Shown here piece after piece: positions 1-5,386 of a stretch of 5,386 nucleotides of DNA. The stretch is from Shigella phage SGF3: the sequence record MN266305; one strand, written 5' to 3'. The position numbers and the translations under genes were made by a program. Position 1 is the first letter of the stretch; every line of letters begins with the position of its first letter. Below the pieces are notes generated by a model. It searched no databases, was not told the DNA's origin, and saw nothing but the letters and a program-made list of their open reading frames with translations.

Positions 1-269
1 ATGCGTCCAAGAAGTTCAAGATTGCTGAGGGTCAATGGTATCGCTATGCACCGTCTTACGTTTCTCCTGCATATCACCTCCTTGAAGGCTTCCCATTTAT
101 TCAGGAACCGCCTTCTGGTGATTTGCAAGAACGTGTTCTTATTCGCCATCATGACTATGACCAGTGTTTCCAGTCTGTTCAGTTGCTGCAGTGGAATAGC
201 CAGGTGAAATTTAATGTGACCGTTTATCGCAATCTGCCGACTACTCGTGATTCAATCATGACTTCGTGA
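1..269 (+). CDS. F: Major capsid protein F, 3' portion (continues from 4372..5386 across the circular junction; first codon spans 5386,1,2; stop TGA at 267-269)
   Basis: Frame 3 translates without stops to ...GNASKKFKIAEGQWYRYAPSYVSPAYHLLEGFPFIQEPPSGDLQERVLIRHHDYDQCFQSVQLLQWNSQVKFNVTVYRNLPTTRDSIMTS*, matching the phiX174 F C-terminus as I recall it. 1015 nt + 269 nt = 1284 nt, the phiX174 F length. Confidence 0.93.
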   Translation, partial: ASKKFKIAEGQWYRYAPSYVSPAYHLLEGFPFIQEPPSGDLQERVLIRHHDYDQCFQSVQLLQWNSQVKFNVTVYRNLPTTRDSIMTS

Positions 270-300
270 TAAAAGATTGAGTGTGAGGTTGTAACGCCGA

Positions 301-328
301 AGCGGTAAAAATTTTAATTTTTGCCGCT
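301..328 (+). repeat. AT-rich imperfect inverted repeat (hairpin) in the F-G intergenic region; position matches the phiX174 primosome assembly (PriA/n') site and the TF terminator region
   Basis: agcggtaaaaatt (301-313) pairs with aatttttgccgct (316-328) with one G-T wobble; the non-coding spacer 270-379 lies between the F stop and G start. Confidence 0.6.
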
Positions 329-379
329 GAGGGGTTGACCAAGCGAAGCGCGGTAGGTTTTCTGCTTAGGAGTTTAATC

Positions 380-907
380 ATGTTTCAGACTTTTATTTCT
401 CGCCATAATTCAAACTTTTTTTCTGATAAGCTGGTTGCCACTTCTGTTACTCCAGCTTCTTTAGCACCTGTTTTACAGACACCTAAAGCTGCATCGTCAA
501 CGTTATATTTTAATCAGTTGACGGTTAATGCAGGTAATGGTGGTTTTCTCCATTGCATTCAGATGGACACATCTGTCAATGCCGCTAATCAGGTTGTTTC
601 TGTTGGTGCTGATATTGCTTTTGATGCCGACCCTAAATTTTTTGCCTGTTTGGTTCGTTTTGAGTCTGCTTCGGTTCCGACTACTCTCCCGACCGACTAT
701 GATGTTTATCCTTTAGATGGTCGCCATGATGGTGGTTATTATACTGTTAAGGATTGCGTGACCATTGACGTCCTTCCACGTGAGCCGGGCAATAATGTTT
801 ATGTTGGTTTCATGGTTTGGTCTAACTTTACCGCTACTAAATGCCGCGGATTGGTTTCGCTGAATCAGGTTATCAAAGAGATTATTTGTCTCCAGCCGCT
901 TAAGTGA
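380..907 (+). CDS. G: Major spike protein G (175 aa)
   Basis: ATG at 380 preceded by AGGAG (368-372, 7-nt spacing). Protein [19 protein letters not shown]...[10 protein letters not shown] matches phiX174 G with roughly 9 substitutions (from memory). The ORF-track start at 335 is an unsupported upstream extension. Confidence 0.93.
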
Positions 908-915
908 GGTGATTT

Positions 916-1902
916 ATGTTTGGTGCTATTGCTGGTGGTATTGCTTCCGCTCTTGCTGGTGGCGCCATGTCTAAATTGTTTGGAGGCGGTCAAAAAGCCG
1001 CCTCCGGTGGCATTCAAGGTGATGTTCTTGCTACCGATAACAATACTGTAGGCATGGGTGATGCTGGTATTAAGTCTGCTATTCAAGGTTCTAACGTTCC
1101 CAACCCTGATGAGGCCGCACCTAATTTTGTTTCTGGCGCTATGGCTAAAGCTGGTAAAGGACTTCTTGAAGGTACGTTGCAGGCTGGCACTTCTGCCGTT
1201 TCTGATAAGTTGCTTGATTTGGTTGGACTTGGTGGCAAGTCTGCCGCTGATAAAGGAAAGGATACTCGTGATTATCTTGCTGCTGCATTTCCTGAGCTTA
1301 ATGCTTGGGAGCGTGCTGGTGCTGGTGCTTCCTCTGCTGGTATGGTTGACGCCGGATTTGAGAATCAAAAAGAGCTTACTAAAATGCAACTGGACAATCA
1401 AAAAGAGATTGCCGAGATGCAAAATGAGACTCAAAAGGAGATTGCTGGCATTCAGTCGGCGACTTCACGCCAGAATACGAAAGACCAAGTATATGCACAA
1501 AATGAGATGCTTGCTTATCAACAAAAGGAGTCTACTGCTCGCGTTGCTTCTATTATGGAAAACACCAATCTTTCCAAGCAACAGCAGGTTTCTGAGATTA
1601 TGCGTCAGATGCTTATGCAAGCTCAAACGGCTGGTCAGTATTTTACCAATGACCAAATCAAAGAGATGACTCGTAAGGTCAGTGCTGAGGTTGACTTAGT
1701 TCATCAGCAAACGCAGAATCAGCGGTATGGTTCTTCTCATATTGGCGCTACTGCAAAGGATATTTCTAATGTCGTCACTGATGCTGCTTCTGGTGTGGTT
1801 GATATTTTTCATGGCATTGATAAAGCTGTTGCCGATACTTGGAACAATTTCTGGAAGGACGGTAAAGCTGATGGTATTGGCTCTAATTTGTCTAGGAAGT
1901 AA
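916..1902 (+). CDS. H: Minor spike / DNA pilot protein H (328 aa)
   Basis: ATG at 916 with GAGG at 906-909. 987 nt, the same as phiX174 H. Gly/Ala-rich N-terminus [25 protein letters not shown] and coiled-coil-like Q/E-rich middle, as in phiX174 H. Confidence 0.95.
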   Translation: MFGAIAGGIASALAGGAMSKLFGGGQKAASGGIQGDVLATDNNTVGMGDAGIKSAIQGSNVPNPDEAAPNFVSGAMAKAGKGLLEGTLQAGTSAVSDKLLDLVGLGGKSAADKGKDTRDYLAAAFPELNAWERAGAGASSAGMVDAGFENQKELTKMQLDNQKEIAEMQNETQKEIAGIQSATSRQNTKDQVYAQNEMLAYQQKESTARVASIMENTNLSKQQQVSEIMRQMLMQAQTAGQYFTNDQIKEMTRKVSAEVDLVHQQTQNQRYGSSHIGATAKDISNVVTDAASGVVDIFHGIDKAVADTWNNFWKDGKADGIGSNLSRK

Positions 1903-1911
1903 CCGTCGGGA

Positions 1912-1940
1912 TTGACACCTTTCTAATTGTATGATTTCAT
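1912..1940 (+). promoter_or_regulatory. Candidate sigma70 promoter PA for gene A: -35 TTGACA (1912-1917), 17-bp spacer, extended -10 TG-a-TTTCAT (1932-1940)
   Basis: Perfect -35 consensus in the H-A intergenic region; the -10 is a 4/6 match with an upstream TG. Position corresponds to the phiX174 PA region. The exact -10 assignment is uncertain. Confidence 0.5.
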
Positions 1941-1965
1941 GCCTCCAAATCTTGGAGGCTTTTTT
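1941..1965 (+). terminator. Stem-loop plus T6 tract (rho-independent-terminator-like, TH position) that also contains the gene A Shine-Dalgarno
   Basis: gcctccaa (1941-1948) / ttggaggc (1952-1959) form a perfect 8-bp stem with a 3-nt loop, followed by tttttt (1960-1965) and then the A start codon. GGAGG at 1954-1958 sits inside the 3' arm. Confidence 0.7.
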
Positions 1966-3507
1966 ATGGTTCGCTCTTATTACCCTTCTGAATGTCACGC
2001 TGATTATTTTGACTTTGAGCGCATTGAGGCTCTTAAGCCCGCTGTTGAGGCTTGTGGCATTTCTACCCTTTCTCAATCTCCGATGCTTGCCTTTTATAAG
2101 CAGATGGAAAACCGCATCAAGCTCTTGGAAGAGATTCTGTCATTTCGCATGCAGGGCGTTGAGTTCGATAATGGTGATATGTATGTCGACGGTCATAAGG
2201 CTGCTTCTGATGTTCGTGATGAGTTTGTATCTGTTACTGAAAAGTTAATGGATGAATTGGCACAATGTTACAACGTGCTCCCCCAACTTGATATTAATAA
2301 CACTATAGACCACCGCCCCGAAGGGGACGAAAAATGGTTTTTAGAGAACGATAAGACGGTTACGCAGTTTTGCCGTAAGCTGGCTGCTGAACGTCCTCTT
2401 AAGGATATTCGAGATGAGTATAATTACCCTAAAAAGAAAGGTATTAAGGATGAGTGTTCAAGATTGTTGGAGGCCTCCACTATGAAATCGCGTAGAGGCT
2501 TTACTATTCAACGTTTGATGAATGCAATGCGTCAGGCTCATGCTGATGGCTGGTTTATCGTTTTTGACACTCTTACGCTGGCTGATGACCGCTTAGAGGC
2601 GTTTTATGATAACCACAATGCTTTGCGTGACTATTTTCGTGATATTGGTCGTATGGTTCTTGCTGCCGAGGGTCGTAAGGCTAATGAATCACATGCCGAC
2701 TGCTATCAGTATTTTTGTGTGCCTGAGTATGGTTCAGCTAATGGCCGTCTTCATTTCCATGCGGTGCATTTTATGCGGACACTTCCTACAGGTAGCGTTG
2801 ACCCTAATTTTGGTCGTCGGGTACGCAATCGCCGCCAGTTAAATAGCTTGCAAAATACGTGGCCTTATGGTTACAGTATGCCTATCGCAGTTCGCTATAC
2901 GCAGGACGCTTTTTCACGTTCTGGATGGTTGTGGCCTGTTGATGCTAAAGGTGAGCCGCTTAAAGCTACCAGTTACATGGCTGTTGGCTTCTATGTGGCT
3001 AAATACGTTAACAAAAAGTCAGATATGGACCTTGCCGCTAAAGGTCTAGGAGCTAAAGAATGGAACAACTCACTAAAAACCAAGCTGTCGTTACTTCCCA
3101 AGAAATTATTCAGAATCCGAATGAGCCGCAACTTCGGGATGAAAATGCTCACAATGACCAACCTATCAATGGAATGCTTAATCCAGCTTACCAAGCTGGG
3201 TTACGACGCGACACCGTTCAATCAGATATTGAAGCAGAACGCAAAAAGAGAGATGAAATCGAGGCTGGCAAAAGTTACTGTAGCCGACGTTTTGGCGGCG
3301 CAACCTGTGACGACAAATCTGCTCAAATTTATGCGCGCTTCGATAAAAATGATTGGCGTGTCCAACCTGCAGAGTTTTATCGCTTCCATGACGCAGAAGT
3401 TAACACTTTCGGATATTTCTGATGAGTCGAAAAATTATCTTGATAAAGCAGGAATTACTACTGCTTGTTTACGAATTAAATCGAAGTGGACTGCTGGCGG
3501 AAAATGA
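1966..3507 (+). CDS. A: Replication initiation protein A (513 aa), HUH rolling-circle endonuclease
   Basis: ATG at 1966 after the GGAGG-containing hairpin. Protein [25 protein letters not shown]... matches phiX174 A. HUH motif in [10 protein letters not shown]; catalytic tyrosine pair in [10 protein letters not shown] (codons 343 and 347, nt 2992-2994 and 3004-3006). The ORF-track start at 1927 is an upstream extension. Confidence 0.95.
   Translation: MVRSYYPSECHADYFDFERIEALKPAVEACGISTLSQSPMLAFYKQMENRIKLLEEILSFRMQGVEFDNGDMYVDGHKAASDVRDEFVSVTEKLMDELAQCYNVLPQLDINNTIDHRPEGDEKWFLENDKTVTQFCRKLAAERPLKDIRDEYNYPKKKGIKDECSRLLEASTMKSRRGFTIQRLMNAMRQAHADGWFIVFDTLTLADDRLEAFYDNHNALRDYFRDIGRMVLAAEGRKANESHADCYQYFCVPEYGSANGRLHFHAVHFMRTLPTGSVDPNFGRRVRNRRQLNSLQNTWPYGYSMPIAVRYTQDAFSRSGWLWPVDAKGEPLKATSYMAVGFYVAKYVNKKSDMDLAAKGLGAKEWNNSLKTKLSLLPKKLFRIRMSRNFGMKMLTMTNLSMECLIQLTKLGYDATPFNQILKQNAKREMKSRLAKVTVADVLAAQPVTTNLLKFMRASIKMIGVSNLQSFIASMTQKLTLSDISDESKNYLDKAGITTACLRIKSKWTAGGK
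2284..2313 (+). other. Origin of (+)-strand rolling-circle replication (30-nt ori; gene A protein nick site between G2290 and A2291)
   Basis: caacttgatattaataacactatagaccac is identical to the phiX174 30-nt origin as I recall it, at the same offset (318 nt) from the A start codon. Confidence 0.85.
2482..3507 (+). CDS. A*: A* protein (in-frame internal initiation within gene A; 341 aa)
   Basis: In-frame ATG at 2482 ([16 protein letters not shown]...), 516 nt downstream of the A start, the same offset as phiX174 A*. Upstream GGAGG at 2469-2473. Confidence 0.7.
   Translation: MKSRRGFTIQRLMNAMRQAHADGWFIVFDTLTLADDRLEAFYDNHNALRDYFRDIGRMVLAAEGRKANESHADCYQYFCVPEYGSANGRLHFHAVHFMRTLPTGSVDPNFGRRVRNRRQLNSLQNTWPYGYSMPIAVRYTQDAFSRSGWLWPVDAKGEPLKATSYMAVGFYVAKYVNKKSDMDLAAKGLGAKEWNNSLKTKLSLLPKKLFRIRMSRNFGMKMLTMTNLSMECLIQLTKLGYDATPFNQILKQNAKREMKSRLAKVTVADVLAAQPVTTNLLKFMRASIKMIGVSNLQSFIASMTQKLTLSDISDESKNYLDKAGITTACLRIKSKWTAGGK
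2848..2880 (+). promoter_or_regulatory. Possible PB promoter region upstream of gene B (inside gene A): -35-like TTGCAA (2848-2853), -10-like TACAGT (2872-2877)
   Basis: phiX174 is known to have a promoter for B inside A. The hexamers here are weak matches and my positional recall is imprecise. Confidence 0.3.
3060..3422 (+). CDS. B: Internal scaffolding protein B (120 aa), encoded entirely within gene A in a different frame
   Basis: ATG at 3060 with AGGAG at 3048-3052. Protein [15 protein letters not shown]...[12 protein letters not shown]; the C-terminal half matches phiX174 B, the N-terminal third is more diverged. Stop TGA at 3420-3422. Confidence 0.93.
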   Translation: MEQLTKNQAVVTSQEIIQNPNEPQLRDENAHNDQPINGMLNPAYQAGLRRDTVQSDIEAERKKRDEIEAGKSYCSRRFGGATCDDKSAQIYARFDKNDWRVQPAEFYRFHDAEVNTFGYF

Positions 3508-3592
3508 GAAAATTCGACCTATCCTTGCGCAGCTCGAGAAGCTCTTACTTTGCGACCTTTCGCCATCAACTAACGATTCTGTCAAAAACTGA
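3422..3592 (+). CDS. K: Protein K (56 aa), overlapping the end of A/B and the start of C
   Basis: ATG at 3422-3424 overlaps the B stop (TGATG). Translates [56 protein letters not shown], matching phiX174 K. Below the ORF-track size cut-off. Confidence 0.85.
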   Translation: MSRKIILIKQELLLLVYELNRSGLLAENEKIRPILAQLEKLLLCDLSPSTNDSVKN

Positions 3593-3764
3593 TGCGTTGG
3601 ATGAGGAGAAGTGGCTCAATATGCTTGGCACGTTCGTTAAGGACTGGTTTAGATATGAGTCACATTTTGTTCACGGTAGAGATTCTCTTGTTGACATTTT
3701 AAAAGAGCGTGGATTACTATCTGAATCCGATGTAGTTCAACCATTAATAGGTAAAAAATCATGA
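3504..3764 (+). CDS. C: Protein C (86 aa), DNA maturation / switch from RF replication to ssDNA synthesis
   Basis: ATG at 3504 overlaps the A stop (ATGA, stop 3505-3507). Protein [86 protein letters not shown]. 261 nt, as in phiX174. Confidence 0.92.
   Translation: MRKFDLSLRSSRSSYFATFRHQLTILSKTDALDEEKWLNMLGTFVKDWFRYESHFVHGRDSLVDILKERGLLSESDVVQPLIGKKS
3691..3720 (+). promoter_or_regulatory. Candidate PD promoter inside gene C: -35 TTGACA (3691-3696), 18-bp spacer, -10 TACTAT (3715-3720)
   Basis: Perfect -35 hexamer and a 4/6 -10. The predicted start near 3727-3729 corresponds to the phiX174 D-promoter start as I recall it (about nt 358 in reference numbering). Confidence 0.6.
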
Positions 3765-4219
3765 GTCAAGTTACTGAACAATCTGTACGTTTCCAAACCG
3801 CACTGGCTTCTATCAAGCTGATTCAGGCCTCTGCTGTTTTGGATTTAACCGAAGATGATTTCGATTTTCTGACGAGCAACAAAGTTTGGATTGCTACTGA
3901 CCGCTCTCGCGCTCGTCGCTGTGTAGAGGCTTGCGTTTATGGTACGCTGGACTTTGTGGGATACCCTCGCTTTCCTGCTCCTGTTGAGTTTATTGCTGCC
4001 GTCATTGCTTATTATGTTCATCCCGTCAACATTCAAACGGCCTGTCTCATCATGGAAGGCGCTGAGTTTACGGAAAACATTATTAATGGCGTCGAGCGTC
4101 CGGTTAAGGCCGCTGAGCTGTTCGCGTTTACCCTGCGTGTACGCGCAGGAAACACTGACGTTCTTACTGACGCAGAAGAGAACGTCCGCCAGAAATTACG
4201 CGCAGAAGGAGTGATGTAA
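3761..4219 (+). CDS. D: External scaffolding protein D (152 aa)
   Basis: ATG at 3761 overlaps the C stop (ATGA). Protein [34 protein letters not shown]...RQKLRAEGVM appears identical to phiX174 D (from memory). Confidence 0.96.
   Translation: MSQVTEQSVRFQTALASIKLIQASAVLDLTEDDFDFLTSNKVWIATDRSRARRCVEACVYGTLDFVGYPRFPAPVEFIAAVIAYYVHPVNIQTACLIMEGAEFTENIINGVERPVKAAELFAFTLRVRAGNTDVLTDAEENVRQKLRAEGVM
3939..4214 (+). CDS. E: Lysis protein E (91 aa), MraY inhibitor, encoded within gene D in the +1 frame
   Basis: ATG at 3939. N-terminal transmembrane segment MVRWTLWDTLAFLLLLSLLLPSLLIMFIPSTFKRPVSSWKAL is conserved with phiX174 E; the C-terminal tail differs (…KRTSARNYAQKE). 276 nt, as in phiX174. Confidence 0.92.
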   Translation: MVRWTLWDTLAFLLLLSLLLPSLLIMFIPSTFKRPVSSWKALSLRKTLLMASSVRLRPLSCSRLPCVYAQETLTFLLTQKRTSARNYAQKE

Positions 4220-4335
4220 TGTCTAAAGGTAAAAAACGTTCTGGCGCTCGCCCCGGTCGTCCGCAGCCGTTGCGAGGCACTAAAGGCAAGCGCAAAGGTG
4301 CTCGCCTTTGGTATGTAGGCGGTCAACAATTTTAA
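4219..4335 (+). CDS. J: DNA-binding / packaging protein J (38 aa, highly basic)
   Basis: ATG at 4219-4221 overlaps the D stop (TAATG), with AGGAG at 4206-4210. Translates MSKGKKRSGARPGRPQPLRGTKGKRKGARLWYVGGQQF*, matching phiX174 J. Confidence 0.9.
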   Translation: MSKGKKRSGARPGRPQPLRGTKGKRKGARLWYVGGQQF

Positions 4336-4340
4336 TTTCA

Positions 4341-4354
4341 GGGGCTTCGGCCCC
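4341..4354 (+). terminator. J-F intergenic GC stem with UUCG tetraloop (GGGGC-UUCG-GCCCC); TJ terminator / mRNA-stabilising hairpin position
   Basis: ggggc ttcg gcccc is a perfect 5-bp GC stem with a UUCG loop, 17 nt upstream of the F start, followed by the GAGGA Shine-Dalgarno at 4361-4365. Confidence 0.7.
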
Positions 4355-4371
4355 TTACTTGAGGATAAATT

Positions 4372-5386
4372 ATGTCTAATGTTCAAACTGGCGCAGAGCG
4401 CATGCCGCATGACCTTTCTCACCTCGGTTTCCTTGCTGGTCAGATTGGTCGTCTTATTACCATTTCAACTACTCCGGTTATCGCTGGCGACTCCTTCGAA
4501 ATGGACGCCGTGGGCGCTCTCCGTCTTTCTCCATTGCGTCGCGGCCTTGCTATTGACTCTACCGTAGACATTTTTACTTTTTATGTCCCTCATCGTCATG
4601 TTTATGGTGAGCAGTGGATTAAGTTTATGAAAGATGGCGTTAATGCCGCTCCGCTCCCGACCGTTAACACTACTGGTTATATTGACCATGCCGCTTTTCT
4701 TGGCACGATTAACCCTGATACCAATAAAATTCCTAAGCATTTGTTTCAGGGTTATCTGAATATCTATAACAACTACTTTAAAGCGCCGTGGATGCCTGAC
4801 CGTACTGAGGCTAACCCTAATCAGCTTAACGAAGATGATGCTCGTTATGGCTTCCGCTGCTGCCATCTCAAAAACATTTGGACTGCTCCGCTTCCTCCAG
4901 AGACTGAGCTTTCTCGCCAAATGACAACTTCTACCACGTCTATTGACATTATGGGTCTGCAAGCTGCTTATGCTAATTTGCATACTGACCAAGAACGTGA
5001 TTATTTCATGCAGCGTTACCGTGATGTTATTTCTTCATTTGGAGGTAAAACGTCTTATGACGCTGACAACCGTCCTTTACTTGTCATGCGCTCTAATTTC
5101 TGGGCATCTGGCTATGATGTTGATGGAACTGACCAAACGTCGTTAGGCCAGTTTTCTGGTCGTGTTCAACAGACCTATAAACATTCTGTGCCGCGTTTCT
5201 TTGTTCCTGAGCATGGCACTATGTTTACTCTCGCGCTGGTTCGCTTCCCGCCTACAGCGACTAAAGAGATTCAGTACCTCAATGCTAAAGGTGCTTTGAC
5301 TTATACCGATATTGCTGGCGACCCTGCCTTGTATGGCAATTTGCCTCCGCGTGAAATTTCTATGAAAGATGTTTTCCGTTCCGGTA
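4372..5386 (+). CDS. F: Major capsid protein F, 5' portion (338 codons plus 1 nt; continues at 1..269 across the circular junction; full length 427 aa)
   Basis: ATG at 4372 with GAGGA at 4361-4365. MSNVQTGAERMPHDLSHLGFLAGQIGRLITISTTPVIAGDSFEMDAVGALRLSP... runs open to the window end and matches phiX174 F apart from a few substitutions. Confidence 0.95.
   Translation, partial: MSNVQTGAERMPHDLSHLGFLAGQIGRLITISTTPVIAGDSFEMDAVGALRLSPLRRGLAIDSTVDIFTFYVPHRHVYGEQWIKFMKDGVNAAPLPTVNTTGYIDHAAFLGTINPDTNKIPKHLFQGYLNIYNNYFKAPWMPDRTEANPNQLNEDDARYGFRCCHLKNIWTAPLPPETELSRQMTTSTTSIDIMGLQAAYANLHTDQERDYFMQRYRDVISSFGGKTSYDADNRPLLVMRSNFWASGYDVDGTDQTSLGQFSGRVQQTYKHSVPRFFVPEHGTMFTLALVRFPPTATKEIQYLNAKGALTYTDIAGDPALYGNLPPREISMKDVFRSG

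Noticed and set aside
1-207. ORF-track ORF 1..207 (MRPRSSRLL...)
   Set aside because: It is in frame 1, whereas the gene F continuation across the circular junction is in frame 3 and translates to the conserved F C-terminus. The frame-1 ORF is an off-frame artefact.
335-379. N-terminal extensions suggested by the ORF track for G (335), A (1927) and C (3486)
   Set aside because: The upstream ATGs lack Shine-Dalgarno sequences. The downstream ATGs at 380, 1966 and 3504 have proper ribosome-binding sites or start-stop coupling, and correspond to the phiX174 protein N-termini.
865-1434. Minus-strand ORFs of 189 aa (865..1434), 126 aa (1696..2076), 175 aa (4465..4992), 129 aa (4033..4422) and smaller ones
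   Set aside because: phiX174-type microviruses express all genes from one strand. These ORFs lie antisense to H, A, F and D/J, lack convincing Shine-Dalgarno sequences, and have low-complexity S/T/R/L-rich compositions typical of antisense readings of T-biased coding DNA.
1058-1669. Alternative-frame + strand ORFs inside known genes (1058..1669 in H, 528..716 in G, 1931..2248 and 2606..2842 in A, 4379..4567 and 4943..5146 in F, 1727..1915)
   Set aside because: Their Leu/Phe-rich, hydrophobic low-complexity composition is what the strong third-position T bias of microvirus genes produces in off-frames. None corresponds to a known phiX174 overlapping gene (only B, K and E are established). Without conservation or expression data there is no support.
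2284-2313. AT-rich block atattaataacactataga as a possible mobile-element terminal repeat or att site
   Set aside because: It is the core of the well-characterised (+)-strand replication origin inside gene A, not a transposon end.
1-5386. Possibility of a novel defence, anti-defence or other accessory system
   Set aside because: Every nucleotide is accounted for by the eleven canonical microvirus genes and their short intergenic regulatory regions. There is no unexplained cargo, repeat array, tRNA or integrase.

Overview
This window is a complete, circularly permuted genome of a phiX174-like microvirus (Microviridae, Bullavirinae; phiX174/S13 clade), not a novel system. It is 5386 nt, the same length as phiX174, and has been linearised inside the major capsid gene F, so F is split between the window end (4372..5386) and start (1..269). 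All eleven canonical genes are present on the + strand in the canonical order F(3')-G-H-A(A*,B,K)-C-D(E)-J-F(5'), with the classic overlaps: B inside A in another frame, K spanning the A/C junction, E inside D, and A* as an in-frame internal start. The 30-nt origin of (+)-strand replication lies inside gene A, and the known intergenic hairpins (J-F, F-G, H-A) are intact. Compared with my memory of the phiX174 reference, the sequence differs by scattered, mostly third-position substitutions plus a handful of amino-acid changes, consistent with a natural variant. I found no CRISPR array, tRNA, transposon, defence system or other accessory cargo. The hint that the window holds an undescribed system is not supported by anything I can see. 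All comparisons to phiX174 are from memory and should be confirmed by alignment.
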